Assembly: GCA_040954595.2 (NCBI GenBank)
Contig: CM082584.2
Location: 3,255,344 to 3,319,343 of the forward strand
DNA from: Balanoglossus misakiensis
Taxonomy: Eukaryota > Animalia > Hemichordata
Length of the DNA: 64,000 nucleotides
Direction: 5' to 3'
Below are positions 24,460-36,551 of this stretch, in pieces. A model generated the notes under the pieces. The model made no database searches, was not told the DNA's origin, and saw nothing but the letters and a program-made list of their open reading frames with translations. Position 1 is the first letter of the stretch; each line of letters starts with the position of its first letter. Made by a program: the position numbers and the translations under genes.

Positions 24460-25856
24460 GGGAGCATTCGTTTTTTTACAGGGAGGGGGGGGGGGGCGGT
24501 GGAAATCATGGGGGGTTACTTTTACAAAGCAGTTTTTAGGGGGGGACACATTTTATAATCAATGGTTTGGGGGGGGACAATTTTTACAACAGATTTGTAT
24601 GGAATTATAGCAAAAAACAACAGAATTGACCGTAAAAAGTATAAAATAGAATACGACCATGTCTTTATTCTGTGTGATCAGGTGACAACAAGTACACTTT
24701 TGATCACAAAAATAACATTTTCAGGCTGTATCATGGCAATATTATGACATACATCACTTTTAAAACTCTTTGGAAACTGAAAAAATAGCTATATTCCGAA
24801 ATACGGATATATGGAGTGTTTGCAAAGATTTTCAGACTTTGTTATCACATACACTCAAACAAACAGGATTATATAGATAAGAACACAAATATAGATAAGG
24901 CTGCATTCACAAACACCTCTGGAGGGGGGGGGGCAGGAGAATTGAGGGTATGTAAGGGGGGATTTGAAATAATTTAGGGACTAACTTTGAGCGGGGACGG
25001 TTAAATTTGTCCTCCCCAACATACCGGTAGTTGAGTTAATTTGCTTTTGCCGGGTTCATTAAAATGCAGCTTTGAGCTCTGTATTTTACAAAATTTTCTT
25101 ACGTGGGATGGGGGACACCCCCTCCCAAACCCACCCCCTTCAATTCTCGGTTTACAATGTCTCCCAACACAGAATACAAATACTTAAAAAAAAATACAAA
25201 CAATGTTCAGTTTTAATACCCACTGATGAGGGGAAACATCAGTTTAAAATTCTTTTCATGGGAGTGCTGTTTTTCTTTTTTTACAAGATAGATAGGTGAT
25301 GTGTTCTGTGTGAAAGAAAATGGGGGGGGGGATTTCAAAATGTTGGCAGTTCGGAAGAGGGGGATTTGAAAATATTTCGGGTTGTGTACGGGGGGCATGT
25401 GAAAATTAGCGGTAAAAAATTGAATTCTCCCCCCCCCCCTCCAGAGATGTTTGTGAATGCAGCCTAAGAACACCAATGGGAACCTAAAAGGAATCTAAAA
25501 ACCCTTGTACAAAGCATTTGTACAAGTTGTATTAAAAAAATACTGTCTATGACATCACGTACAGCTACTGTGGCTATAAGGTAGAGTGTAATGTTAAAAA
25601 CTGAATGTAATTCTGAATAGAATCATATGTCAACAATAACAATCGTCAGTCTAAATATCTGACAAAGTTTGATAAGTTTAATCCGGTGGATAAACTTTTT
25701 TTTTTTTTGGGGGGGTCACATTTTACAATTGAAGAATTTAGGGGGGGACACATTTTAGAAAAGTAATTTCGAAGGGGGGGGTTGCCTTTTACATTTAGTC
25801 GGCGACTCAAATTCCACCGCCCCCCCCCCCCCTCCCTGTAAAAAACGAATGCTCCC
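24460..25856. mobile_element. PIF/Harbinger (Tourist-like) MITE
   Basis: TIR GGGAGCATTCGTTTTTTACAGGGAG(G)nCGGTGGAA with TSD TTA on both sides. Confidence 0.9.
24899..25464. mobile_element. Harbinger MITE nested in the previous MITE
   Basis: TIR GGCTGCATTCACAAACA.CTCTGGAG(G)n with TSD TAA (24896-24898, 25465-25467). Confidence 0.9.
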
Positions 25857-25861
25857 TTAGG

Positions 25862-25996
25862 TATAATTCCCCCGTATTTCAAACGAGTGTGCCTGCATCG
25901 CGGACGATAGCGGCCGTATCCCCCGGGCCACAGGCTATACTGGGAATGTCGAGTTCGCGACGCAGGTACACGAGTGAGGAATACGGGGGAATTATA
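25862..25996. repeat. Imperfect palindrome with CGAG/CGAG mismatch
   Basis: tataattcccccgtatt...aatacgggggaattata, with CGAG at 25884 and 25971. Confidence 0.8.
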
Positions 25997-27255
25997 TGTT
26001 TAACACATACATAGACCAAGTGTCCATGAAATTGAGCTTCTTTGTGAATTTAAAACATTTCAGCGAAAAAATAGCACTGTTTTAAAAGGATCAACAGATC
26101 ATGTTATGCGGTCGGGGTGGCGGTCACAAACGGACATTAAACCACGATCAGCTGTTAGTAATAACGGGCCCCGAAGGTTGAGTTTATCGTGCTGTTTCTG
26201 AGTGAAATCAAACGAAATATGAGACACAAGATGTATCACTTCACCTGACGATATTTTTGGTAGGTAAATATGGATGAAAACACTGATAACGCGGCAAATT
26301 CAACTACGTGAACGTTACTTGGATTGACAGCGCGCGGCCCCATTGTTTACAACGCCGGACATTTTATAAGGGTTGAACAACATTGACTTTTCGAATGGAA
26401 ATTGCAAGCAGTATATGAATTTCAAAATTTTCAAACACTTTAGCAATAAATCATTGTTAAATATTTATATTGAAGACGTGTCAGTTTAAAATCTAAACGC
26501 AAACTTTTAATATCCACCACCTGAGACACCTCTCTCTCTGCGTTTTTGGCTTCGGAAACGGAACAAAAAATCTACTCGATGTTGGGTCAAGGTACCTTTC
26601 ATCCGATTTACACGTCCCCCAGGCGCATCTCTTCACTATTCTGGCCGATATTTTAAAACCATTAAGTTCCTAAAACTGAAAAAAACTTCCAGTCTGTCTA
26701 TCTCTAACTGAGCGTGTACTGTAGGCTGGGCCATGTTGTTGATTATATGTGGGACAAAATGGCGGTTGTGTGAACAGCATGACTTTTCTCGGCTCTGATT
26801 GGCTGAGGGTTCAGTGTGATTGACAGCTGTGGAACCATGAATTACTGATGCTATCCTGCGACCTGAGCTAAACCACTGATGAAATGAGCCAACATGATCG
26901 CCGAAACATGCGGATTTTTCAACATTCTGGCACGTTGTTTTATTATCCTTCCCAACTATCGTCAGAATAACGGAACATTTAGTTGTCAGTGTGTTTTGGA
27001 ACCTCGAAAATTACGAAAATCTCTCGCTTTCGCCAGTGTTTCAAAATTTATCGCTGCGATCTCACGACCTCAGGTAACCCACTGATGGAATGACCCCACA
27101 TGACCCTTCTTTGCATAACAAAGGTTGCGTCATTTTGGCCAATGAGCGGCCTTCTCTGGGTTGCATAGCCTTTGGCGCATCACTGTAATGAAAATCAATA
27201 CGCCACGATCGAAACTTTGATTTTCGTCAAATCTGGGGAAACATATGCAATAATA

Positions 27256-27440
27256 ACAGAACTTCATGACCACTGCGCGCGATCTGTGCAATATGGATGT
27301 TATTTTCACTCGTGAGAAGGTGTATTCTTCTGCATTTTTACTCGCTTCGCTCGTAAAAATACTCGGAAGAATACACCTTCTCACTCACGAAAATAACTTC
27401 CATATTGCACAGATCGCGCGCAGAGGTCATGAAGTTCTGT
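27256..27440. repeat. 185-bp palindrome with a GCGAAGC loop on the minus strand
   Basis: acagaacttcatgacc...ggtcatgaagttctgt, with centre ttttactcgcttcgctcgtaaaa. Confidence 0.9.
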
Positions 27441-28499
27441 CATAGCATGAACTATTGTTGTGTTTATCAACATGTATTCAAGTTTGGAAAGATTTTGACA
27501 TAAAAATTCACCAGGAACAGACAGGTGCTACAATAAACGCAGGTGTGGGATATACAATGTCAATAATTCAATAACCATAAAATAACTGTAGACACTAAAT
27601 TATTTTTCAGTCAATCTTGAAAAAAAAATCGCACGCTGCGACTTGGAGGACACCGGCAGCGATTCCTGAAGAACCAAAGGTAAATGAAAACCTGTGCTGC
27701 ATGTATTTTCAACTCTGACAAAATATTTGAGGACCACACAGGAACACATTATACACATCTTTTTTATTGTGAAGAAATTATTCTGATTTATATGCCGCAC
27801 AAAGACAACAACAATGCACAGATAGTTATGTGTGTATGTGTGATACATGTACATATCTGATTAAAATGGTAGTCAGGCCAGTATTTCATTTTGATGCAAG
27901 TCATGTTTATTCTTATTGTGTGTTTTTTTTGCCTATTAATTTACTTGATTCATCATCAAAACACACAAAGCAAGCGACTATGAAAAAAAAGACAAACCAT
28001 AAGCATTAATTGTATTGTATTGTATTTTTATTTGTATTTACAGTCATGTTTAGCCACGGAGGCCGCTGGGTCATGCCAGCCTCATATAATGGAGGTGAAC
28101 TGTTACGTAAGTTTCTTGCGTATTGTAAACCCTTGAAATTTTGGTTAGCTTGCAATAGCCAAATTGAAGTAGATTTTTTTTAATTGTTCTACTGGTCTTA
28201 CTTACATGAGTGAATAATAATTTAATGTTTTAAAACTTGCATTTATTTCAGGAGTGTGAACATGAACAAAATCAAAAGAAGACTGGCGAAGAGAAAGACA
28301 GAAGCAAGGTAATTGAAATGGTCTACAATCAATGCAAAGAAAATGCTGTCAGTTTGGGCCTTGAAATGATTAAAATGGTATTTCTGAATAAAATGTGTAT
28401 TTTATTTTATTTTATTTTCAGGACAAAGAGAAAATAAAACAACTCGAATGAGAAATTGAGAGACCGAAAAGGGAAATCGGGGGGAGGTTAATACAAGGG

Positions 28500-30774
28500 A
28501 AAAGAGGGTGGAAGCTATAAGGGAAATTGGTAAATTAGAAAATTTAAAAATTTACAGGCATGCAGATCTCCTCTGCCAAAACCAAGACAGGTATTCCGTT
28601 CAAAATTTATCAGACATAGATTTACCTAATCTATTGTCAGAATGGAATCCTGTCTTGGTTTCCTTTCTTGAGGAGATCTGTATGCCAAATACTGGAATCC
28701 AAAGTAACACTCAATATCTTGCCCATGCCGTTGAACTTGTTTATACTACCAGGAATCCTAAGTTTGTGAGTAGTTTTATTTCTGCAATAATATTCAAGTT
28801 ATTTTATTTAGTTTGACCAGAAGTCGCCTGGCAGTTGATCTCATGGGCCACGTAACAGCAGGCCCATGTTATGATGTCATTAACAATATTCTTTTTAAAG
28901 GTAATTTTGATTTTCCAGATGCACCTGAGGGGTGAGTTGAATTTTCTTTTGATAATGAACAACATCTTTCTAAAAATTACATTAACAGAAATGGTAATTC
29001 AGTTACTTTGGATATTTTTACTAACATTATTGCTTCTCAGCTGGACCCAGAATCATCACTGCAATATGATTCTGGGTTGAAGCCAAGTCAGTGGCAGAAG
29101 GTTTCAGAGACAGATGTTTCCAATACAGAGGACAGCAAGTATGATGAGTTTGATTCAGTTGTCAAAGAGTCCATTGCTTCTTATGTTGATAATTTAATTT
29201 TATCTTCTGTAGCCACTATCAATGTAGATAATACACCACAGACTGACTATATTGACACATACTTACAACAAAAACAACATACTGACAGCATCGAGATTTG
29301 CCCTAAGTGTGGTTTCACCCACACAAAGGGCAAATCGAGAATTGCTAAGTGTCGAGGTTGTGGCATTTGGATGGGTAAGTATAGGAAGGAGATGAAAAGA
29401 GAGAAGACATCAACCTTTATTTCACCAGGCAGAAGACCAATTAAAAAGAAGAAGAGGGGAACCATCTTGCATGAGTATGTTGGTGAAGAAAAGGTTGATC
29501 ACATGGGTAAGCAAACTACCAGAATTGTTAAAAAAAAAAAAGCAAATAAAGCAAATATTTCTGTTATGTCCCCTATTTTTGTAAATCCTAATTGTGTCGA
29601 ATCAGTGAAATAAATTCTTAATCACATTGGTAAGCTTGCAAAAATCAAACAATATTTTAATCATGGTGAGGGCAATGGAGATTATTGTACATGTAGGGAA
29701 TGGGTTATAATCAGGTGTGATGGCTTGCCATATGTAATTATCCGGAAAATTTTATCAGAAGATCATGAGGGAATATTTTCATGGGTTGTTTTAAGGACGG
29801 GTCTTTTACATGAAGAAATCAATGCAGTCAAATCATTTGTTTCTATGTATTGGGATGTAATTTACAGGGACTTTGCTCTATCTCAGGGATTCTCCTCAGG
29901 CAGATCTCTAGAATTTGTGAAAAAGTGTTCTGATCATCACATTTCATTTGACCTTCTTTGCAAATTCAGAGATTGTCTGTGGAGCGAATTGCTACATGAA
30001 TTTCATGTGAGTAATCCCACTGCTGATGCATCCACCAGTTTGTTTCTTGGCTGGTTGAATGCAGCAGCAGTGACAGACTCTCACATGAATTTCCTTTACA
30101 ATATTCTTCTACAACATTTACATGGAATTTTCCTCTTTCGACAGGGCACGCGCTTCAATTCACCCACTTACCTACGGGCTGGATGGCGTCTCCTTTGCAC
30201 CTTGTGGCACGGTCGGAATCACTCCACTTACCAACTGATTGACGTCTATGACGACACCGACCGTGCCCGGTATCCACCAATACTTCTCCAAACTCTGGAG
30301 AAGTACGAGGCCATTTCACGATCTGGCAGGCCTGATGCCCATCAACGTGCGGACGCCGTCCTGGAGGAGTACAACAAAAGCATCAAGGCCTGGGCTCCTC
30401 CAGTGCCCGATTCAGGTAAGTGGGTTGTCATCTGTAGCAGGCATGATGCCCTGGCCAGTCTGAGAAAGACAGTCTTCTCAGTCGTTAGCCTTGTAAATCC
30501 CGAGTCGTTGGAACGTAGCCGCCCAGGCTATTCTAACGACTTGACGGGTTTCAGGGGACGACTGAGACAGACATCTTATGTCAAGTATCAGGCTGGTCGG
30601 TCTCCTATTACCATCTCAGGAGATGCTATGGATAGACACATTGGCAATCATAACATCAATGCCGAAGAAAGAAGACGTGCCCTGGTAAGTATCATCTCCC
30701 AAGGTAAGTATCCAGGCACTGGCAAAAAAATACTATTTGTAACAGAAAATGAAAGAGCTGAAAGTGAAAGATAA
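28500..30774 (+). pseudogene. Large DDE-type transposase pseudogene, Academ-like (family tentative)
   Basis: Motifs FDNEQ, CPKC...CRGC, REWVIIRCDGLPY, GLLHEEIN and DAVLEEYNK. ORFs 29008-29613 and 29725-30774 share a frame and are separated by one TAA. There is a frameshift near 28790 and a TGA near 28933. Confidence 0.6.
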
Positions 30775-32163
30775 GAAAATAAAACAAATGCCACACTTCG
30801 ACACGAATGCAACGACATAATTCAGACACTACCGTTGACAGACAGAACATCACTGCATACACAACTACGACAGGCAACAAACAAATCCAAGCTCCTGGAA
30901 TTACTGCACAGTTTGCATGATTTACAAGGGGCTATTACAGAAGTGTTTGAATTTGAAATGCAACAGTAAAATTATCAGTGTATTTCAAATTCAAACACCC
31001 ATTCCCCTTGTCTATCATATTAACTGTGCACAAAACACAGGAGTCTTGGCAAAACATACATACACAACACAGTACCAAATTTAATTACCCTAGCTACATA
31101 TTTTATTGATTTATATATTTATAATCTTTTTTTGGTCATATTTCACAGTTTATCTATTAGTTTACCATCTATCTATATTCTTTTTTTTTTACTTTCCAGG
31201 ATTTAATCTCTTTTTAGTGTGTATCTTTTTTTTTCAATTATGTATAGTCCTCTTGAGGAGCAGATGTTACTGAAAATCACTGCCACTGTACTTGCTGACC
31301 AGCTGAGGAGCTTAATGTCAATATTATTTTTATTATTGATTTTCTATTTTCTAATCAACAGAATTTATATATTTTTTTTATTATATTTTTATTGTAAATT
31401 TATTTGAAGGTTTCTAAATAGGAATGAAACAAATGAATTACGTTTGATATTAGAACCCAGCATTGAAACATTATTTCCAGTCAATCATGTGATAAAAATT
31501 CAAATTATGATCATTTCCGAATTTCATTTTTTTTTAAATCATGACACAATTTTTTTTCCTATTTAGAAACCTATTCAACTAACACTTCAGGTGCAATGTT
31601 TTACTTTTATTTTATGCTTTAATTACATTTTCATTATCTTTTAGGTTTACATGTATTTATTCTTTTACGATTTATTTTTATTTGTTGGCAAAATATTGAG
31701 TGTCATTTAAATTTTTTTTTAATAAACTTGGTTTCATATATTATTTAAATACAGCAATCATTTCTTTCGCCAAATTAGATTCCAGTATTATTTTCTTTTA
31801 TCATTATTTATAAATTATGGGAGTTGATTTGTTAATGGTTATGGGGTTGAATTGGGTGGGTTCGGAGTTGATAAAGTTAAGAGAGATTTTTGTGCATTGT
31901 TATAATACTCATGAATTGAATGTAATATTATATGATTTTTTAGTTCTTTGTAATAAAAATCTGATAATCTCAAATAGTGGTCAGTTGTGAGGAGTCATTT
32001 ATTTCAATTTCATGCCATCTTATTGTAGCTTTTTGACAATTGGAAGTTTACAAAATTATGCATTCATTATTTTTTTTTTTCAAAAATAATCATTTCAATA
32101 AAACAAATTACGAAAGTGGCAACATCATGAAATGTAATTTTAATTTCTTGACAGTAGAAACAT

Positions 32164-32370
32164 CAGTGCTTCATCTAGGGGAATTCACCCCCTTGTTGAC
32201 ATAATAGCACCCCCTAGGAATTTGTCAAGGGGGAGCCAATGCCCCTTAAAATGACGTTCTGTACATGTTGGAGATATTACAGTCTGCCTTGCCAGAGTGG
32301 AATCCCCCCTAATTATTCTGGCAATGGGGGACATATCCCCCCTGTCGATGCTATCCTAAATGAAACACTG
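32164..32370. mobile_element. Small MITE with CAG...CTG ends
   Basis: 16-bp TIR with 14/16 matches (cagtgcttcatctagg / cctaaatgaaacactg); no clean TSD. Confidence 0.5.
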
Positions 32371-32890
32371 AAATATGATTTAAGACAATGAACTATATTC
32401 GGTGACTGAAGAAACAGTATAACATAAAGAACACCATGTGTACATGACAGATGTCCGGGATATCATTTGAAAACCTACCACAATATAAAGCTCTTCGACC
32501 GTGTAGGGGATAAACAGTAAACATCACCGGCGGTTCAAGTTGCAGAATTTTCATTTGATTTCACCCTTTTACTGTCAGGTTATCTGGCCGATTCCCCCGA
32601 TCCTTCTAGATCAATAATTAATTCATGCACAAATACTAATTGTTCCCTACCTTGATAAAAAAAAAAGTTTAAAAAATCCCGACTCCATCATGACGAAGTA
32701 CATGAACGTTTGTCCAAGAGCATAAGCCAAAGGTCATTTGAGGTTAATTAATGCTGATGACCTCAAACCACAAACGCGAAACCCGTTCCTATGCGATAAC
32801 AAACAGTTGAAAGAACAACAAAATAAATTTAAAAAATAATACAATAATTACATCAAAACATCAAGTGATTTTTTTTTCAAACGGTATATG

Positions 32891-32924
32891 TCTTTCTGGA
32901 GGATGTGTGGCCCTGAAAAGGGCC
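32891..32924 (-). terminator. Histone-type 3' stem-loop plus histone downstream element
   Basis: The minus strand reads ccaaac GGCCCTTTTCAGGGCC acacatcct CCAGAAAGA. The stem-loop (32909-32924) lies 53 nt after the stop at 32978. Confidence 0.85.
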
Positions 32925-32977
32925 GTTTGGTTTGGTTGCGGTGTGTACCGCCAGGCGTAGACGGTGTCACCAGTAAT

Positions 32978-34535
32978 TCAGGCAATCACCGTCACATTTA
33001 ATCCCTTGCTCTCCACGAACGCCTTCACTCTTTGTAGGTCGCCTTCTTTCAGGTGAAATCCAACATTACACACCTGAACGACGCCGCATCGTCGAGAATG
33101 AAAAAAGGGACTTTCTTTTGGTTTGAGGAAATATACGGAATTTGGAGATAGAGCCGCATCGATCAATCTTGCGAGCACTCGAGCGACATCTCTCTTCAAA
33201 TGTCCGTATATTTCGCGGGCGCCTTCTTCATTGTCGACGATTGCGACGGCGTTCTGATCGTATGGGTTGGATTTCTCCCGCAGAAGGCGATACCCAGCAC
33301 CGACAGTAAGTGCACCTTTAGGAACCGTTCAGTTTTTACGGCAGGGGGGGGGGGCGGCAAGTTTGTGTCATCGGTTCTCAAAATCAGGCCGACCCCCCCT
33401 TCACCCAGGACCAAACAATGATGACCCCCCCCTTTGACAGACCCAAAAATATGATGACCCCCCCCCTCCCCACGCCCAAAAGATTCGCCGTCCTGACCCT
33501 ATGTACACTGTATGCAATAAAGGGCTCCTCACACCTCAATTCTATATTTCTTAAAGTATTATTGAAGTACATTGTATATAATAGTATATCGTTGCAATAA
33601 AGAAATCTATGAACAAATTAAAATGACAAGTCAATACAATAGTTGCTAGAATCGGTAAAACAAGAAAAGTGGCGGGGGTGGGCGTGGGAGGGGGTGTCCC
33701 CCTCCCACATAAGAAAATTTTGTAAAATACGGTGGTGATCAAAGTTGCAATTTAATGAACTCAAAAGCAAATTAATTCAATGTTAGGGAGGAAAAATGTT
33801 AATTTTGCCACTCCACTCAAAGTAAGCATCGGGGTGGGGTGGCAAGAAGTCTTCCCTGGTACACTAGACAAACCAGTGAATAAATGCAATGTGGCGAAGA
33901 ATGGAGGGGGTGGGTGTGGGAGGGGGTGTCCCCGTCCCACATAAGAAAATTTTGTAAAATATGTAGCGCAAAGTTGCATTTTAAATAACTCAAAAGCAAA
34001 TTATCTCAATGTTTGGGAGGACAAATTTTACTTTTTGCCACTCCACTCAAACTTAGAAGATTTGGCGTCATCTTGTCATGACATCATTTATAAAACTTCT
34101 AGTATACAGAAGATGCAGCCCGAAATCAGTTATGCAAAATGGTTTAAACAATTATCCTCCTTTATGTATTCACTTTGCTAAATATTATCATATGTGGGGT
34201 TGGGGTGGCAAGCACTCTGCCCTGGTACACTTGACAAACCAGCAAAAAATGAAATGTGGCGGAGAATGAAATTAGAAAATTAGAAAATTTTGTAAAATAA
34301 AGGGTGCGAAACTGCAATTTTGTGGACTCAAAACCAAAGGTTCGGTGGCAAAAGTATGTGACCCCCCCCCCTAAACGTTTAGTGGACTTCAAAATTTGTG
34401 GACTTCAAAATTTAAGTGAACCCCCCCCCCCCCCTTGGATTTTGCTGTCCCCCCCCCCCGGCCGTAAAAACTGAACGGTCCCTTATAGTGGTGCATCCCC
34501 ACTGCCAGTACTTGGTGTACGATGAGTGAAGGCAT
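32978..34535 (-). pseudogene. Stand-alone HIRAN-domain protein (130 aa) split by a MITE
   Basis: Joining 34535-34483 to 33317-32978 gives an uninterrupted ORF: MPSLIVHQVLAVGMHHYKGALTVGAGYRLLREKSNPYDQNAVAIVDNEEGAREIYGHLKRDVARVLARLID...NVTVIA*. Confidence 0.8.
33321..34482. mobile_element. Harbinger MITE (same family as 42239-42973)
   Basis: TIR GG(G/A)ACCGTTCAGTTTTTACGGC.(G)n with TSD TTA (33318-33320, 34483-34485); internal duplicated ~215-bp unit. Confidence 0.92.
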
Positions 34536-34750
34536 TCTCTGAATAAGCAACTCCTAATATGGGTCATCGATGCGACTGAAATACGCGTACGTTTGTAGGC
34601 AGACAGTGGCGTTCGCGTATGCGTAGCGACGCGTGAATTTTGAGGTTTAGATGTCCGTTTTGAATACGAACGTATGCCCTGCACGCGACGCCTGCTTATC
34701 ACGTGACAACGACGATACGCGTATTGATCGAACGTATTTACATGTAGGCC

Positions 34751-35663
34751 CACAGGGGCCTCTCCCTCCGCGATGTTGTTTGATTGTTTGTTTGTTTGCT
34801 TCTTGTTGTTGTTGTTGTTGATGATGATGATGATGATTTTTGGCATAATAAACAAATACATATTTCTTTATTAATAAATATGGTTTGTTGACATGTAAAG
34901 GTTAGAATATATTCGACAGGTTAGGGTATTATCAACGGTTAGGATTTGTGTTGGCATTTTTTTCGATCCACGGCCCCGGACATATCACTAAGCCACAAAG
35001 AGAGACAAGGGTGGAGACTAGCCCATTTCCGGGTCCCAACACCGTATTTTTTAAGTCCAGAATAACACAACAAATAAATGTCTGACAATTGAAATATTAC
35101 GTTTGCAGTGACAACATACTCTATACTTACTATATCTATCCTGTAATTCAATAAAAAAGTATAAATCGGCGATATTTCACATCGTTCTCCGTTGACATCC
35201 GTACAGTTTTTACGGCACACCATGGGCAAACTTAAATGTCTCGTTTCGGAAGGCTAAAATTCAAATTGGACCAATCAAATAGCTTGTTGGGACCAGGCTG
35301 AAATCGACTTGCAGGACTAACAAGCTATTTGATTGGTCTAATTTGAATCTCACTAACGTTTTTAGCCTTCCGAAACGAGACATTCAGGTTTTGCCGTACT
35401 GGGCTAGTTTCCACCCTTGTCTCTCTTTATGGCTTAGTGATGCCCGGGGCCGTGGATCGAAAAAATCCCAACACTAACCCTAACCTGTCGAATATACGCA
35501 CCCTAACCTTTACATGTCAACAAACCATATTTATTAATAAAGAAATATGTATTTGTTTATTATGCCAAAAATCATCATCATTATCAACAACAACAACAAA
35601 AACAACAATAACAAGCAAACAAACAAACAATCAAACAAAATCGCGGAGGGAGAGGCCCCTGTG
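34751..35663. mobile_element. Foldback MITE, P-superfamily-like
   Basis: Termini CACAGGGGCCTCTCCCTCCGCGA, 7-bp TSD GTAGGCC, arms of about 280 bp, and a second palindrome at about 35237-35382. Confidence 0.85.
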
Positions 35664-36551
35664 GTAGGCCCAACTAAAGGCCGCCGCACACGAGAGAAAT
35701 CAGCTGAGCAAAAAGTCATTCGAGGAATTTTGCTCAGCAATTTTCCTTCCGTGTGCGGGCGATTTTTCCTGATCTTTTTACTTTGCGCCGCGGATCACGA
35801 TATTCAACATGTTTGATATTTTTTTCCTCGCGAGGAAAATTCATCACCGTGTGCGCAGAACAAAGTAATTTTACTCACGTATCTAGCCTTATTGCGCATG
35901 CGCCGGCATCACTTGACGATGATACAAGACGGCCGCCTCCACTGAAAGCGAGCATTGATGACAGCACTTGTTGTGGTAAGTAATATATGCATAGTACAAT
36001 GCGCTTTCTTCACGGACGACTACTTTTTTTTTCTAATGAAAAAATTTCCATGTCTCGATATTTCCTATCGTCCGACGCCCGTGGCAAGTATAATTTTTCG
36101 TCTGGGCAAGTGAAAAATAACAATAATCTGCCTGACTGACCACGTACGAGTCGAGCGACCGTGAACTGCAAACGAGTTTGTAATCTACACTAGGACCTCC
36201 CATGTCGTGGCGTGTGTTGCATTGCCTGTACTCTCCTGCATAGTACAATGGATGGCCCTTTTGACCTTTTATCTACACCAAAAGCAAAATAGCAAAGTTT
36301 ATTGGTTTACAAAATCGTTACACTTTCGCTACAGTTTACCTATATTTACAAGTCGACTGTGGGCTGTTTACATGATCAGCTGATGATTTGTTGTGAACGC
36401 TGCGTTCAAGCTCGCTGACGTCATTTCACGCACCAATATGGTAAACAGAGTGTTAATATCGATACGGCTATACTGAGGTATATGTAAGCAGAGAATCAAA
36501 ATTGGGTGTTAAAATAAAACCTTTAATGCACTTTCCCTTTTCAGTTCAGTA

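Noticed and set aside
24089-27050. Diverged ~150-bp repeat at about 24089-24240 and 26894-27050
   Set aside because: The similarity is real, but no termini could be defined, so it is treated as old repeat debris.
32891-33320. Histone gene upstream of the stem-loop
   Set aside because: No frame resembles a core or linker histone; the upstream ORF is HIRAN-like.
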